A DNA stretch of 64,000 nucleotides from Mobula hypostoma (Eukaryota). A program made the translations under genes and the position numbers. Positions 40,683 through 53,886 of this stretch are shown here, in pieces. Under the pieces are notes generated by a model that had not been told where the DNA came from, did not search any database, and saw only the letters and a program-made list of their open reading frames with translations. Within the stretch, counting starts at the first letter, position 1, and each line of letters starts with the position of its first letter. The stretch spans positions 214,088,001-214,152,000 of the forward strand of contig NC_086097.1 of the NCBI RefSeq assembly GCF_963921235.1. Reading direction: 5' to 3'.

Positions 40683-41172
40683 CCATTCAGAGCATACTCA
40701 CCAACTGCATCTCAGTGTGGTATGGCAATTGTCCCGTATCAGACCGCAAAGCATTCCAGCGGATTTTCGGCACCCAATTGCCCACCATTGAAAACATCTA
40801 CCATAAACGCCGCCCTGGGCAGGGTGAAAAGCATTATCAGGGATGCATCTTACCCTAACCATGACCTTTTTACTCTCCTCCCATCCGGTAGGCGCTACAG
40901 GAGCTTCCGCTCCCACACCAGCAGGCACAGGAAGAGCTTCTTCCCTGAGGATGTGACACTGCTGAACCTCTCATCACAGCGCTAAGCAGTATTGCATTCG
41001 TATTGTACTGTCTCAGTACTTCTATATTTGTGTGCTGTAGCACTTTTTTTATTCGCAGTTATTTTGTAAATAACACTATTCTTTGCATTTCTGGTCAGAT
41101 ACTAAATGCATTTCATTGGCTTTGTATCTGTACTTGGCACAATGACAATAAAGCTGAATCTAATCTAATCTA
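40683..41172 (+). mobile_element. Rex1/Babar-like 3' fragment nested antisense
   Basis: LFTLLPSGRRYRS motif; (AATCT)n tail. Confidence 0.85.
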
Positions 41173-44100
41173 ATTTAATATGCTGATTCGTCACCACTTT
41201 TGATTCAGCCAATGACAGTGGCATCATCAGCAAACTTAAATATGGCATGAGGAGTGTGCTTAGCCTCATAACCATAAGTACAAAGCAAGCAGAGCAAGAT
41301 GCTAAGCTTTGTGGTACACCTATGCTGATGGTGATGTTGCCAATCCAAACTGATTGGGGTCTGCATGTGCGGAAATCGAGGATCCAGTTGCACAAGGAGG
41401 TATTAAGGTCAAGGTAATGAAGCTTATTGGTTAGTTTTAAGGGGATAATAGTATTGAATGCCGAACTGTAGTCAATGAAGAGCATCCTGATACATGCATC
41501 TTCATTGTCCAGATGTTCCAGGGTTGAATTGAGAGTCAATGAAATGGCATCTGCTGTTGACCTGTTGTGACGGTAGGCAAATTGGAGCAGATCGAAGTCA
41601 CTGCTCAGGCAGGAGTTAGTACGTTATCATCACCAATCTCTCTAAGTACTTCATTACAGTGGATGTAAGTGCTACTGTACGATAGTCAATGAAGCAAGTT
41701 ACCACGTTCTTCCTGGACACTGGTATAATCGAAGCTTTCCACAGACTGCTGAAGTGAGAGGTTAAAGATATCAATGAACACTGCAGCCAGTTGATCAGCA
41801 CAGATCTTCAGTCCTTGGCCAGGTACCCCATTTGGGCCAGATGCTTTTCATGTGTTCACCCTCTTGAAGACTGTTCTCCAGTCAGCCTCAGAGACTGAAA
41901 TCAGTGTCACCGGGGACAGCGGCAGTCTGTGAAGGCTTCTCCATGTCTGTCAGTGAAAGGCACTGAACTCATCTAGAGGTGAAGCCTTGTTGTCACATAT
42001 GCTGCCTGGTTTTATTTTGTAGGAGGTGACAGCATTCAACCCCTGCTAGAGTTGTCAAACATCCTTTTGTGATTCCAGTTTCCATGTGAGGTAGCTTTCT
42101 GGAGCTCTTTGCTGGATCTCTTGCACTTTACTTGGTCGCCAGACTTGAACACCACTGATCTGGCCCTCAGCAGGCTGTGGATCTCTTGCTTCATCCAGGG
42201 GTATGGTTCGGGAAGACTCTAAATGATTTTGTGGGGACACAGTCACCCACTAATCAGTTTATAAAGTCTGTGACAACCATAGCATATTCGTTCAGATCTT
42301 TTGATGAGTGCTTAAACATGTACTGTCGTGTCAAGTATCTCAACAAAAGGAAAATGAGTTTAAAAGTTACTTAAAAGTTGCATAAATAAAATACCTGAGC
42401 AATGGATTGGTTCTGGTTTTCCAGGCATCTATAAGTCTCTTTTGTCAAAAATTCAGAAATTACACAAGAATCGCTCATTATGGTAACCATACCTCCCAAG
42501 TATTATTATGAATGGCATTAAAAGTACATAAAACTGATAGGAATAACTACTAAAACTTGAGAAGAAACTAGCCTGGCTATTTGTAGACACAATCAAAGAT
42601 ATGCACATTAAAGTTTCAACTTTAATATTTTGGGAGTGTTCATAAGCTGGGTGTTCTTGACTTGAGAATAGCCTGTAAGCTACCTGATTGGGAAGGGTCT
42701 CTTCCAAACGGCTGAGGGAAGTAGAGATGGAGATTGCAGAAGGTTTTGACATAATCTCCTAATCCTGGAAGAAGGTTAAAGTTATAAAATGCTAGTTTGA
42801 GTCTCTTAAAATAAAGGAATCATGTTTGATTGTTACTTTTTGTTCAGGAGTCGCACTAGCGTGATGAAGAAAATTGCTATTGATGGAATAAAAGGGTCAG
42901 TGGAATCTTGGATAAGAAATTGTCATAGAAGCAGGAAGCAGAGGGATATAAGGCTTTTCATTCTCAGACTTTGGAACAGTGGACAATTCTGAAGTATGTA
43001 CATCAACAGAGGAACCTGGCTGTACATACGTCAAAGTTCTTAGAAGTGGCAGGCATGTTGTGGGTATGACTGGAAAAGTTAAGGATCTATGGACTTCATT
43101 AGAAGTGGCATAGAATAAAAAGACAGCAAGGTTATATTTTCCTCCTCTCAGCCTTTAAAACTTTATATAACACTTGTCTGACTAAAACCTGTGTCCAATA
43201 CTGGTCACCATAATTTGGGAAGGATGCGAAGACGCTAAAAAAATGCAGAGGATATTACTCTAATGGTTGCCAGAATGAGCAATTTCAGCTATGAAATCAG
43301 ACTACTGGGGTTTTCTTTTAAGAAAGGATATGGAAAGAGATTTCAAAATTATGCAAACTATTGAGAAAATGCTGAAAATACTCAGCATTCCAGCAGAATC
43401 ACTGAAGGGATAAACAGAAATAGCACTTTAGACCAATGACCTTGATTCAGAATTAGTAAAATTTGGAAATGAAACAAGTTGCAATGAAAAGGGGAGGGGA
43501 TGGAAAGAAGAAAAGGGGAAGGGGTGGAAAGAAGAAAAGCAGTCTCTGACAGGATCAGGAGCTGGAAATACTGAATGGCACAAATGGTGATAAAGCTGCC
43601 TGAAAGAGTGAAGACAAGTGAACAGTATTAGATAGTTTTAGGGAGTTTTAAATAAAAATGATGAATACAATCTGATATTACTATTAGAGGAAAGAAATAA
43701 ATTGCTGGGATTAAGCCAATTATCTGAAATTGCCAAGTATAGATACAAGGAGTATTGAACAGGTCAAGCAGCGTCTATGGAGAAACAGCTAACACTTTAG
43801 ATCACATGAGCTTGACATTTGTGTTTTAATTTTTGATTACGGGCACTTAAAGGTTTTGTTCTGCAATTGCTGAATTTATCATTGAACTGAGAAGGTTGTA
43901 ACGTGCACAGCTGATTTCTGCTCTGTTAGAAAAGCAAACACTTCGACAGTCAGTCACCCTGGGGCCTGGGCTTCACTGTCTAGGCCCTTCTGAGAGCACA
44001 GCTGACCACCTGGACTGGACCCAGCCCTGTACTGCAGCCTCCTAATGGAGGAGACAGCAGGGTCCAGGAGTGAATAGCCAGCAACCTAGACATCAGTAGA

Positions 44101-44570
44101 ACAATCCCGACTCTAATATTCTGCTCTCCTTTCTATTGAAGCTAATTTCTCAACATTATGCTTAATCAGCCATGGCTTTGTCCCAGCTCAGCATAAGGAT
44201 CAAATTTTTACTTTGACTATTATTTTTCCTTTTATAACATGCAAAGTAGAGATTTTCTAGTTATAGGTTTATTTTTATTAATAATTACAAAAATTTACAA
44301 GTTCCTTTAACAATATTTCTTTGCTAAAGCGAGAACATCCTGAGACAGGAAAATAAAAAAGTTCTCATCATAGCCTCAAAGCTCATTAAATCCGCTACTG
44401 CCCAAAATTAATGAAATTATTCAAAATTTTTATCAGCATCACTTTGCAACTATTAAGTAATTAGTTTAATGAAATGCTGCATCATTAATTTCAAAAACAT
44501 TACATTGAATGCTTCAACCTTCACTTAAAATACCTAACCTAAAAATTTCCCTATAGTGTCAATATATTGT

Positions 44571-44642
44571 AAAAGGTATCCCAATTAATTTGGGCAGGAC
44601 AGATGAAAAGGTATCCCAATTAATTTGGGCAGGACAGATGAA
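44571..44642. repeat. Perfect 35-bp tandem duplication
   Basis: AAAAGGTATCCCAATTAATTTGGGCAGGACAGATG x2. Confidence 0.95.
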
Positions 44643-44720
44643 CTAGGTATTTTACGATGTAGTTATGTTTGTTTGTAGAACAGAACCTATAAATATTGCA
44701 GAATCTAAAATGATGCCTAC

Positions 44721-44765
44721 CTTTCACCACAGACTCTTCTACTGCTTCAGGAAGAGGTACAGCAT
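44721..44765 (-). CDS. ASPH: 45-nt phase 1-1 exon (D)AVPLPEAVEESVVK
   Basis: cttattgtcttccag|ATGCT...GAAAG|gtaggc. Confidence 0.8.
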
Positions 44766-45265
44766 CTGGAAGACAATAAGACAATTAAGTTTATAATGCC
44801 CATGACAAGTATTGCACAAAAGAAACATGTCCTCAACTTGTTTTAATGCAAGTAGGAGAGGTACAAGACCAATTCTAATACTCACCATGTGAAAACAGCC
44901 TGAAGATAATCAAGAGACAGATGCAGCATAGGAAACAAATTTGAAATTATGCCCTAACGCAGGTTCAAAAACACCCTTTGAAAAGTTTTGTGAAACAGCT
45001 TAAAGCAAACATCACCCCAGACAAGCAAAGTAACTCTGAAAAACTGGAAGCTATGAGAAGACAGGGCAAAACTAAAGGCAGCCAAGTCAAACAAACCTTG
45101 GATTTCAGATTCCACATCCAAGTTCTGAGACGTATTGGCTGTTGTAAGTAATAAAATTGAGAATTTGTTAATAATATTCACCCTTTTAATGTTATGCACA
45201 TAATGTTAGATTGTTTCATGTTAGAATGTTAGAAATAAAAATAAAAAGGTAGTTTCAATACAAAC

Positions 45266-45307
45266 CTGACAGATAATCTTCATCACTCTTTTGAACAGGC
45301 AATGCTT
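45266..45307 (-). CDS. ASPH: 42-nt phase 1-1 exon (E)ALPVQKSDEDYLS
   Basis: ttatttttctttcag|AAGCA...TCAG|gtttgt. Confidence 0.78.
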
Positions 45308-45971
45308 CTGAAAGAAAAATAACAGAACATGATCACAGGTGGCACAGACAGCACAAATCTTTTCACAGAGTCATTAAATGATAGGTTGGAGCACAATTTC
45401 AACAGCCCAACATGGAGGGAAAAGATATCATACCAACATAGAATCACTTTACAAGATTGTTCAGATTTGTAATTAGAATTAGAGGAAGAGACTTCTCCCT
45501 TTTCTTCAATTTCCTAGAGAAATATGAGGAGAAAAACAAGTTCTGTTTCATGGTCCAATGTGTTTTGGAGCTAGTTTGTATTCGAATTTAATTCTACAAT
45601 CAACACATCAGTGTCAGATCCGCGCTGACCAAATATTGGTTGTTGGGAGGAGATAGCTTTCATTCAAGTTGACAAATTTGAACTGATGACTCCACAGTTA
45701 AGTTGCTGAATAACAGAAAGATGGATTTACAGATGTATAGTCCTTCTGAATCTGACCTGTTACAAATCTATGCCATATGCAAAATTCTCAAAGTCTTGAC
45801 AGGCCTTCTACAAGAAAATATTTCCCTTGGCTAGTGAGTCTGGTGTCAAAGGCACAGCTTCAGGATAAGGAGAGAAACATTCAGGGCTTATGACCGGTTC
45901 TTAATTACTTGATTTCTCAAAGTTACCAACTATTGATAGTCTAAGTATAATGTGTATCAAAGTAAACCAAC

Positions 45972-46013
45972 CTTGTATGTCGTCAGTGCCTGGAACATAC
46001 TCCACCTCTTCAG
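45972..46013 (-). CDS. ASPH: 42-nt phase 1-1 exon (A)EEVEYVPGTDDIQ
   Basis: ttgttttttaccag|CTGAA...CAAG|gttggt. Confidence 0.8.
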
Positions 46014-46253
46014 CTGGTAAAAAACAATTTAAAACCAGTTAAATTCCATGTCCTAGAATCTTCTGCAGCAACCAGATATATTTTTAAACCTGCAATGTTT
46101 CATCCAACCACAAGATGGCCAAAATTTTACTTTCCAAAGAAATTTACGTTAGCTTACAGAGTTTAGAGTTTGCAGTTTAGAACAGTTTAGATATACTTAC
46201 AGCCTACAAGGCATATTTACAACTTCAAAACTTTGGGATAATAAGATACTAAC

Positions 46254-46295
46254 CATGAAATTCATCCATTTTATCTTCAGGCTCTGGGTCATTAT
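46254..46295 (-). CDS. ASPH: 42-nt phase 1-1 exon (D)NDPEPEDKMDEFH
   Basis: tttgtttgttgcag|ATAAT...CATG|gttagt. Confidence 0.8.
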
Positions 46296-48019
46296 CTGCA
46301 ACAAACAAATTAATTAAAATGAAATTTTTATTTTAATTTTCTCTCTTTCCCTCCTCCATATAATACTCTCCACATGGAATATTTCCAAATAGTACCATTC
46401 TGTTGGATCTGGAGATAATATTATCAGAAGATTCTTCAGAAGTCAAGTACGAGGCACAAACCGTGTGTTTACAGCCATTTTATTAGATGTTTGTAAAAAA
46501 GAAGTGACAGTAATTAGCAGCAGAAAACAGCCAGTGAGAAGTAAAGAAGGCAAGGGCAAAGAAGAGTACAAAGGGTACCTTGCATTCCCTCTTTATACTG
46601 CTCAAGCTGGACAGATGAGGTTAAGGATAGTTTGTGACAGAAATATAGAACCAACTAGAGAACACTTTACTGAAAACTTACCAACATATGATCATACAAA
46701 CATATAAGCAAACATAAGAAAGTTAAGCTATAAGAAAAATTATAATTTAGACCCTAATCCAACATTACCAATTTATATTTTTGGGCTTTGATTTTGTGCA
46801 TTTTGTCAAAAAAAATTAATTAAATTAATCCCATTTTCTAGCCTTTGGTTTGTAGACTTGGATATTACAAGACATCTTTAGATGCAACAAGTTTCAACTA
46901 TAACTATCTCAAGATGCAAACATATAAACATAGTCAATTCGAAAAAAAAATATTAACACATCTATCATTTATGTACAGAAATTTCAGCATAAACAGTATA
47001 TAGGGCAAAAAACAAGACAACACAGCACCAAGGGAGCAGTTTAGAGACATGTCGGAAGCACGCTTAAAATCTGTCAAGCATATACAGAACTGCCTCCACT
47101 TCCTGCAACATTGCAGAATTATGTGCATTATTAAGGTGAGGAGCCTGAGATTCTTAAGATTAGAGTCCCAAAAGTAAAGGCCAGGTTTGGAAGAAGAATC
47201 ATTAATCAATATACTTTGGCAAATATTAGTTAAATAGTTAACAAAGTAATCATAAACATGCTGTACTCAGTGGTTCATAGAGGGCTATTGACAGAAGACA
47301 GCTTGATATACATCAAAGGCTACAATGGTTGAAAAGGGTAAGAAGAAATAAATCACAGCTACAGTTACTGTTATTTGAGTTACCTACCTATTACATGAGT
47401 ACATATTGGGAGGGTGAAACCTGGTTGACATACAAGACCAGAGCTACCATCCTGATGAGACCTGCTAAATCTGGACACACAGATTTCTTCTAGATTGTTG
47501 CACAGGGTGTCAATGTTAATCATGCCATCAAGGCAGTACCTCCCAATAATTCTCATAGTATAACTCGAGGCAGGCACATCATTCTGTAATGGCACGTGAT
47601 AATTTCCAAACACCATGCATCAAGTATCACTAAGCTATCCACTTAATAGCCCTGTTATTCTTTTTCGAATTTCAATTCATAATACTTTATTTTACTCATG
47701 ATAAAACACATTATTTTATTTTGTACAAATAGGAGGAAAAATAGACATTTGAAAAAGGTGGTCATAAGTGATAAAGTCATTGCTTTGGCTGCTTAGACTT
47801 CATGAACAGATAGAATGTATTTAAAATTATTAGGAAAAGAAGAAACATTTTGAAAAGTTAGGACAATGGATGCTGTGCCAGATATGTTGAAGGATGTAAA
47901 ATCTAAAAGTATATAGATATTTGAAAAATCATTAAAAGAAAAAAAATGAAGGGTGTAGGAGAATGAGATTAAATGAATGATTAGAGCAGTAGAAACACAA
48001 TGGGATTAAAGTGTTGAGG

Positions 48020-50570
48020 TTTTAAGAAACAGATTTAATATCACCAGCATATTTTCTGAAATTTGTTAACTATACGGCAGCAGCACAATGAAATACATAA
48101 CTAAATATAGAGAAAAACTGAGTTTTTAAATAGTTAAGTTAAAATAAGTAGTGCAAAATAACAGAAATGAAAAAGTAGTGAACTGGTGTTCATGGGTTCA
48201 ATGTCCATTTAGAAATCAGATGGCAGAGGAGAAGAAGCTGTTCCTGAATCACTGAGTGTGTGCCATCAGGCTTCTGTACCTCCTACCTGATGGTAACAGT
48301 GAGAAAAGGGCATGCCCGGGGTGCTGGAGATCCTTAATACTGGACGCTGCCTTTCTGAGACACCGCTCCCTAAAGATGTCCTGGGGACTTTGTAGGCTAG
48401 TGCCCAAGATGGAGCTGATTAAATTTACCACCTTCTGCAGCTTCTTCCGGTCCTGTGCAGTAGCCCCTCCATACCAGACAGTGATGCAGCCTGTCAGGAT
48501 GCTCTCCATGGTACAACTATAGAAGTTTTAGAGTGTATTTGTTGAAATGCCAAATCGCTTCAAACTCCTAATCAAGTATAGCCGCTGTCTTGTCTTCTTT
48601 ATGACTACATCGATGTGTTGGGACCAAGTGGGATCCCCAGAGATCTTGACATCCAGGAACTTCAAACTGTTCACTCTTTCCACTTCTGATCCCTCTATGA
48701 GAATGTGTTTCTTCATCTTACCCTTCCTGAAGTCTACAATCAGCTCTTTCATTTTGTTGACGTTGAGTGCCAGCTTGTTGCTGTGGCACCACTCCACTAG
48801 TTGACATATCTCACTCCTGTATGCCCTCTCATCACCACCTGAGATTCTACCAACAATGGTTGTATCATCAGCAAATTTATAGACGGTACTTGAGCTATGC
48901 CTAGCCACACAGTCATGTATATATGGACAGTAAAGTAGTGGGCTAAGCACACACTCTTGAGGTGCACCAGTGTTGATTGTCAGTGAGGAGGATATGTTAT
49001 CACCAATCCGCAGAGACTGTGGTCTTCTGGTTAGGAAGTCGAAGATCCAAATGCAGAGGGAGGTACAGAGGCCCAGGTTCTGCAACTTCTCAATCAGGAT
49101 TGTGGGAATGATGGTATTAAATGCTGAGCTATAGTCGATGAACAGCATCCTGATGTGGGAGTTTGCGTTGTTCAGGTGGTCTAAAGCCACGTGCAGAGCC
49201 ATTGAGATTGCGTCTGCCGTTGACCTATCGTGGCGATAGGCAAACTGCAACGGGTCTCTGTCCTTGCTGAGGCAGGAGTTCAGTCTAGTCATGACCATCC
49301 CCTCAAAGCATTTCATCACTGTAGATGTGTGTGCTACCAGGCGACAATCATTAAGGCAGCCCACACTATTCTTCTTGGGCACTGGTATAATTGTTGCCTT
49401 TTTGAAGCAAGTGGGAACTTAAAGTGCGCATGTGCCAGTCGTGCATGCAGCCTGATACAGCCGTTCCAATTGGATTCTTACTTTTTAACTTAGGTTATTT
49501 TTTGTATTTTTTTTCTCACGGTAACACATCGAAGCTGCACCCTCTCTAACATGCTGGTAGAGAGAGTTTTATTTGGGTTTTTTAAAGCGCTGGAAATAGA
49601 TACATCCCGACACACGGGACAGAAGCAAGGTCGCATTGTGTATTCCAGGGACCAGCTAATGCCGGCCGGTTTAGCGAGCAGAGCGGCGGACATCCCTGCT
49701 GAAATCCGGAGGAAAACACACAGAGGATGCAGAGGGAGATCACAAAGTCGAGGAAAGAGGACCGGGTCGAGACAACAGAGACTTATGCAGAAGAGGAGTT
49801 CGGTGGGTAATACCGTTCCGACTGACCGGAAGTGCACTGAGAGTGATAAGCGTAAAGGAGTTGGGTGCTTACTGATCTGGTTAACAACGGATGGTGCAAT
49901 CTGGATCATATTACAACCGAGGAACGTGTTTGTAGACCAGATATTGAACTTTTTACTGTTGGACTTCGGCCACATTCCACCGTGATACAACACTGGGCAG
50001 CACGGGAGGTCGTTCCTGCCTGTGGCCATCGAATGTTCAGCTCCTCCCGTGGAGGGTCAGACACCCTGAGCCAATAGACTGGTCCTGGATGTATTTTCCA
50101 TCTGGCATAGCTTGCATTTTGTTGTTTGATTGTTTGTGTTTTTATATTGCTATATTTACGCTCTATTCTTGGTTGGTGCAGCTGTAATGAAACCAAATTT
50201 CCCTCAGGATTAATAAAGTATATCTATCTATCTACCTAACTTCCGCCCGTAGCAGAGAGAGGTTGAAAATGTCCTTGAATACTCCCTCTAGTTGGTTGGC
50301 ACAGGTTTTCAGAGCTGTACCAGGTACTCCATCGGGAACTTCCGCCTTGCGAGGGTTCACTTTGTTTAAAGACAGTCTAACATCAGACTCTGAGACGGAG
50401 ATCACAGGGTCATCAGGTGCAGCAAGGATCTTCACAACTGTAGCTATGTTCTCCCTTTCAAAGCATGCATAGAAGGCAATGAGTTCACCTGGTAGAGAAG
50501 CATCGTTGCCGTTCATGATATTGGGTTTCGCTTTGTAGGGAGTAATGTCTTGCAGACCCTGCCAGTGTTG
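48020..50570 (-). mobile_element. Rex1/Babar-like LINE with a 284-aa RT ORF, interrupted at 49423-50233
   Basis: [33 protein letters not shown] and YKFADD motifs; AACTT duplicated around the insert. Confidence 0.92.
49423..50233 (+). mobile_element. Internally deleted non-autonomous Rex1/Babar-like element, copy 2
   Basis: Colinear with 30565-31389; same 144-aa and 70-aa ORFs; (TATC)n tail. Confidence 0.8.
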
Positions 50571-50576
50571 CCCTAT

Positions 50577-51035
50577 CTAATGAGAACTAATGAGATGTCC
50601 CCCTTCTTCAACGAAAGGGGCTTTCCTTCTTCCACCATCAATGTTGCCGTCACCTGCATCTCTTCCGTTTTGTGCACGTCTGCCCTCACCCCATCCTCCC
50701 ACCACCCCACCCTCAGTGATAGGGTTCCCTCGTCCTCACCTACCACTGCGCTAGCCTCTATGTCTAGCAAATGATTCTCCGTAACTTCCAGCATCTCCAA
50801 CTGGATCCCACCATCAAGCACACTTTCCCTCCTCCTCCACTTTCTGCTTTCCACAGAGATCGCCCCTACGCGACTCCCTTGTCCATTCGTCCCTTCCCAC
50901 TGATCGCCCTCCTGCTACTTATCCTTGCAAGCGGAACAAGTGACACACCTGCCCTTACACCTCCTCCCTCACTCCTATTCAGGGCCCCAAACAGTCCTTC
51001 CAGGCAAGACAACGTGTCACCTGTGGGGCATTGTT
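50577..51035 (+). mobile_element. Penelope-like ORF fragment (RT to GIY-YIG linker)
   Basis: FFNERGFPSSTI, ILRNFQHLQLDPTIKHTFP and a CK..K.HTCPY Cys motif. Confidence 0.75.
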
Positions 51036-51499
51036 GACAAGGTCTCAATTCACTTACTATAGGCCTGCTCTCATTCCTCATCTTCTCATTGAGAATGAGG
51101 CCCTTTCAGCATATAACGAGGGCCTTTCTTCCAATTCCAACAGTACACTTGCATTCTCATAGCACCTTCTCCTACAATTACAAGGCATGCACACATGCCA
51201 GATTACCTCTTCCATTTCAGTTGTCCAGGGACATTGTCCCAAGTGAAACAGCAAGTAACTTGCATTGGATGTGGCAAGACAATCCAACTTGGGAAGAAAT
51301 TTATCCAGAGCAGAGAGAAACTGGACAAAGGAAAATAGATGGAGAGAAAAGTACAGGCAGACAGCAAGGATCAGTTTTCTTTAGCATGTGACTTAAGAAA
51401 GGTCAGAGCTACTGATTAGGTGATTCTCCTTGGCTTTAGTACAACAGGGATTAAACCAAGACAATATGCAAATAAGATAACAGAAATAACGGCGTTTCT

Positions 51500-52410
51500 C
51501 TATGGTTATAAGCAGCACTGGGGTCCCACAAGGGACTGCATTGACTCCCTTCCTGTTTACCCTGTATACCTCAGACTTTAGATACAACACTAAGTCATGT
51601 CATCTGCAGAAGTTCTCTAATGACTCGGCAATAGTTGGGTGTATAAAGGGAGGATGGGAGGATGAATACAGGGCCCTGGTGGAGGACTATCAAATGGTGC
51701 AAACTGAATCATCTGCAGCTCAACATCAGTAAGACAACAGAAACGGTGAGGGACTTTAGGAAGACTAAGCCTGCACTGCTCCCTGTTACTCTTGATGGTG
51801 AGAACCTACAAGTACCTGGGGGTGCACGTGGATGACAGACTTGGGGGAACCCCAACACAGAGGCTGTATACAAGAAGGGCCAGAGTCGTCTTTACTTCCT
51901 GAGGAGACTGAGGTCCTTTGGAGTATACAGGCCTCTCCTTCACATGTTCTACCAGTCTGTTGTCGCCAGTACAATCCTCTATGCGGTGGGGTGCTGGAGC
52001 AATTGCATCAACATGGGTGATGCCAACAGGTTCAATAAACTGATTAGAAAGGCTGGCTCCGTTACAGGAGTCAAACTGGACACACTGGAGACTGTGGTAG
52101 AGAAAAGGAGACTATGGAAAATCCTGGCAATCCTGAACAATGTGTCTCACCCCCTGCATGCCAGTTTGGTTGAACAGAGGAGCACTTTTAGTAATGGACT
52201 AAGACAACTGTGCTGCTCTAAAGAGCACTATATGAACTCATTTTCACCCTCAGCCATTAGGCTCTATAATGAGTCAACCTATAGCTGGGAAAGCGATGAC
52301 CCCTCCTGTTAGACTGTTTGTGGTAACTTTTTTTATTCTTTCTACTTCTCTTCTAATATTTATATCTGTGCACTTGTAATGCTATTGTGACACTGTAATT
52401 TCCTTTAGGA
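51500..52410 (+). mobile_element. Rex1/Babar-like LINE 3' part
   Basis: STGVPQGTALTPFLFTLYTSD, QKFSNDS and NVSHPLH motifs. Confidence 0.85.
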
Positions 52411-52414
52411 TTAG

Positions 52415-53886
52415 TTCCTGAGGATTAGAGGGTGGCTAATGTAACCCCACTTTTTAAAAAAGGAGGGAGACAGAAACAGGGGAATTATAGACTGGTTAGC
52501 CTAACATCGGTGGTCGGGAAACTGCTGGAGTCAGTTATCAAGGATGTGATAACAGCACATTTGGAAAGCGGTGAAATCATCGGATAAAGTCAGCATGGAT
52601 TTGTGAAAGGAAAATCATGTCTGACGAATCTCATAGAATTTTTTGAGGATGTAACTAGTAGAGTGGATAGGGGAGAACCAGTGGATGTGGTACATTTGGA
52701 TTTTCAAAAGGCTTTTGACAAGGTCCCACACAGGAGATTAGTGTGCAAACTTAAAGCACACGGTATTGGGGGTAAGGTATTGATGTGGATAGAGAATTAG
52801 TTGGCAGACAGGAAGCGGAGTGGGAATAAACGGGACCTTTTCAGAATGGCAGGCAGTGACTAGTGGGGTACCGCAAGGCTCAGTGCTGGGACCCCAGTTG
52901 TTTACAATATATATTAATCACTTAGATGAGGGAATTAAATGCAGCATCTCCAAGTTTGAGGATGACATGAAGTTGGGCGGCAGTGTTAGCTGTGATGAGG
53001 ATGCTAAGAGGATGCAGGGTGACTTGGATAGGTTAGCTGAGTGGGCAAATTCATGGCAGATGCAATTTAATGTGGATAAATGTGAGGTTATCCACTTTGG
53101 TGGCAAGAACAGGAAAACAGATTATTATCTGAATGGTGGCCGATTAGGAAAAGGGGAGGTGCAACGAGACCTGGGTGTCATTGTACAGCAGTCATTGAAA
53201 ATGGGTATCCAGGTACAGCAGGCGGTGAAAAAGGTGAATGGTATGCTGGCATTCATAGCAAGAGGATTCGAGTACAGGAGCAGGGAGGTACTACTGCAGT
53301 TGTACAAGGCATTGGTGAGACCACACCTGGAGTATTGTGTGCAGTTTTGGTCCCCTAATCTGAGGAAAGACATTCTTGCCATAGAGAGAGTACAAAGGAG
53401 GTTCACCAGATTGATTCCTGGGAAGGCAGGACTTTCATATGATGAAAGACTGGATCGACTAGGCTTGTACTGTCTGGAATTTAGAAGACTGAGGGGGGAT
53501 CTGATTGAAACGTATAAAATTCTAAAGGGATTGGACAGGCTAAATGCAGGAAGATTGTTCCCAATGTTGGGGAAGTCCAGAACGAGGGGGTCACAGTTTG
53601 AGGATAAAGGGGAAGCCTTTTAGGACCGAGATGAGGAAAACCTTCTTCAGAGAGTGGTGAATCTGTGAAATTCTCTGCCACAGGAAACAGTTGAGGCCAG
53701 TACATTGGCTATATTTAAGAGGGAGTTAGATATGGCCCTTGTGGCTAAAGGGATCGGGGGTATGGAGAGAAGGCAGGTACAGGGTTCTGAGTTGGATGAT
53801 CAGCCATGATCGCACTGAATGGTGGGCAGGCTCGAAGGGTTGAATGGCCTACTCCTGCACCTGTTTTCTATGTTTCTATGTTTCTA
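52415..53886 (+). mobile_element. Young CR1 LINE, 5'-truncated, with a 267-aa RT ORF
   Basis: DFQKAFDKVPH, SGVPQGSVLGP and LVRPHLEYCVQFWSP motifs; (TTTCTATG)n tail. Confidence 0.95.

Larger units (their letters stand above)
38700..42320 (-). mobile_element. Rex1/Babar-like LINE with several nested insertions
   Basis: [29 protein letters not shown] and FYRCAVECILTGCIT motifs. Confidence 0.85.
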
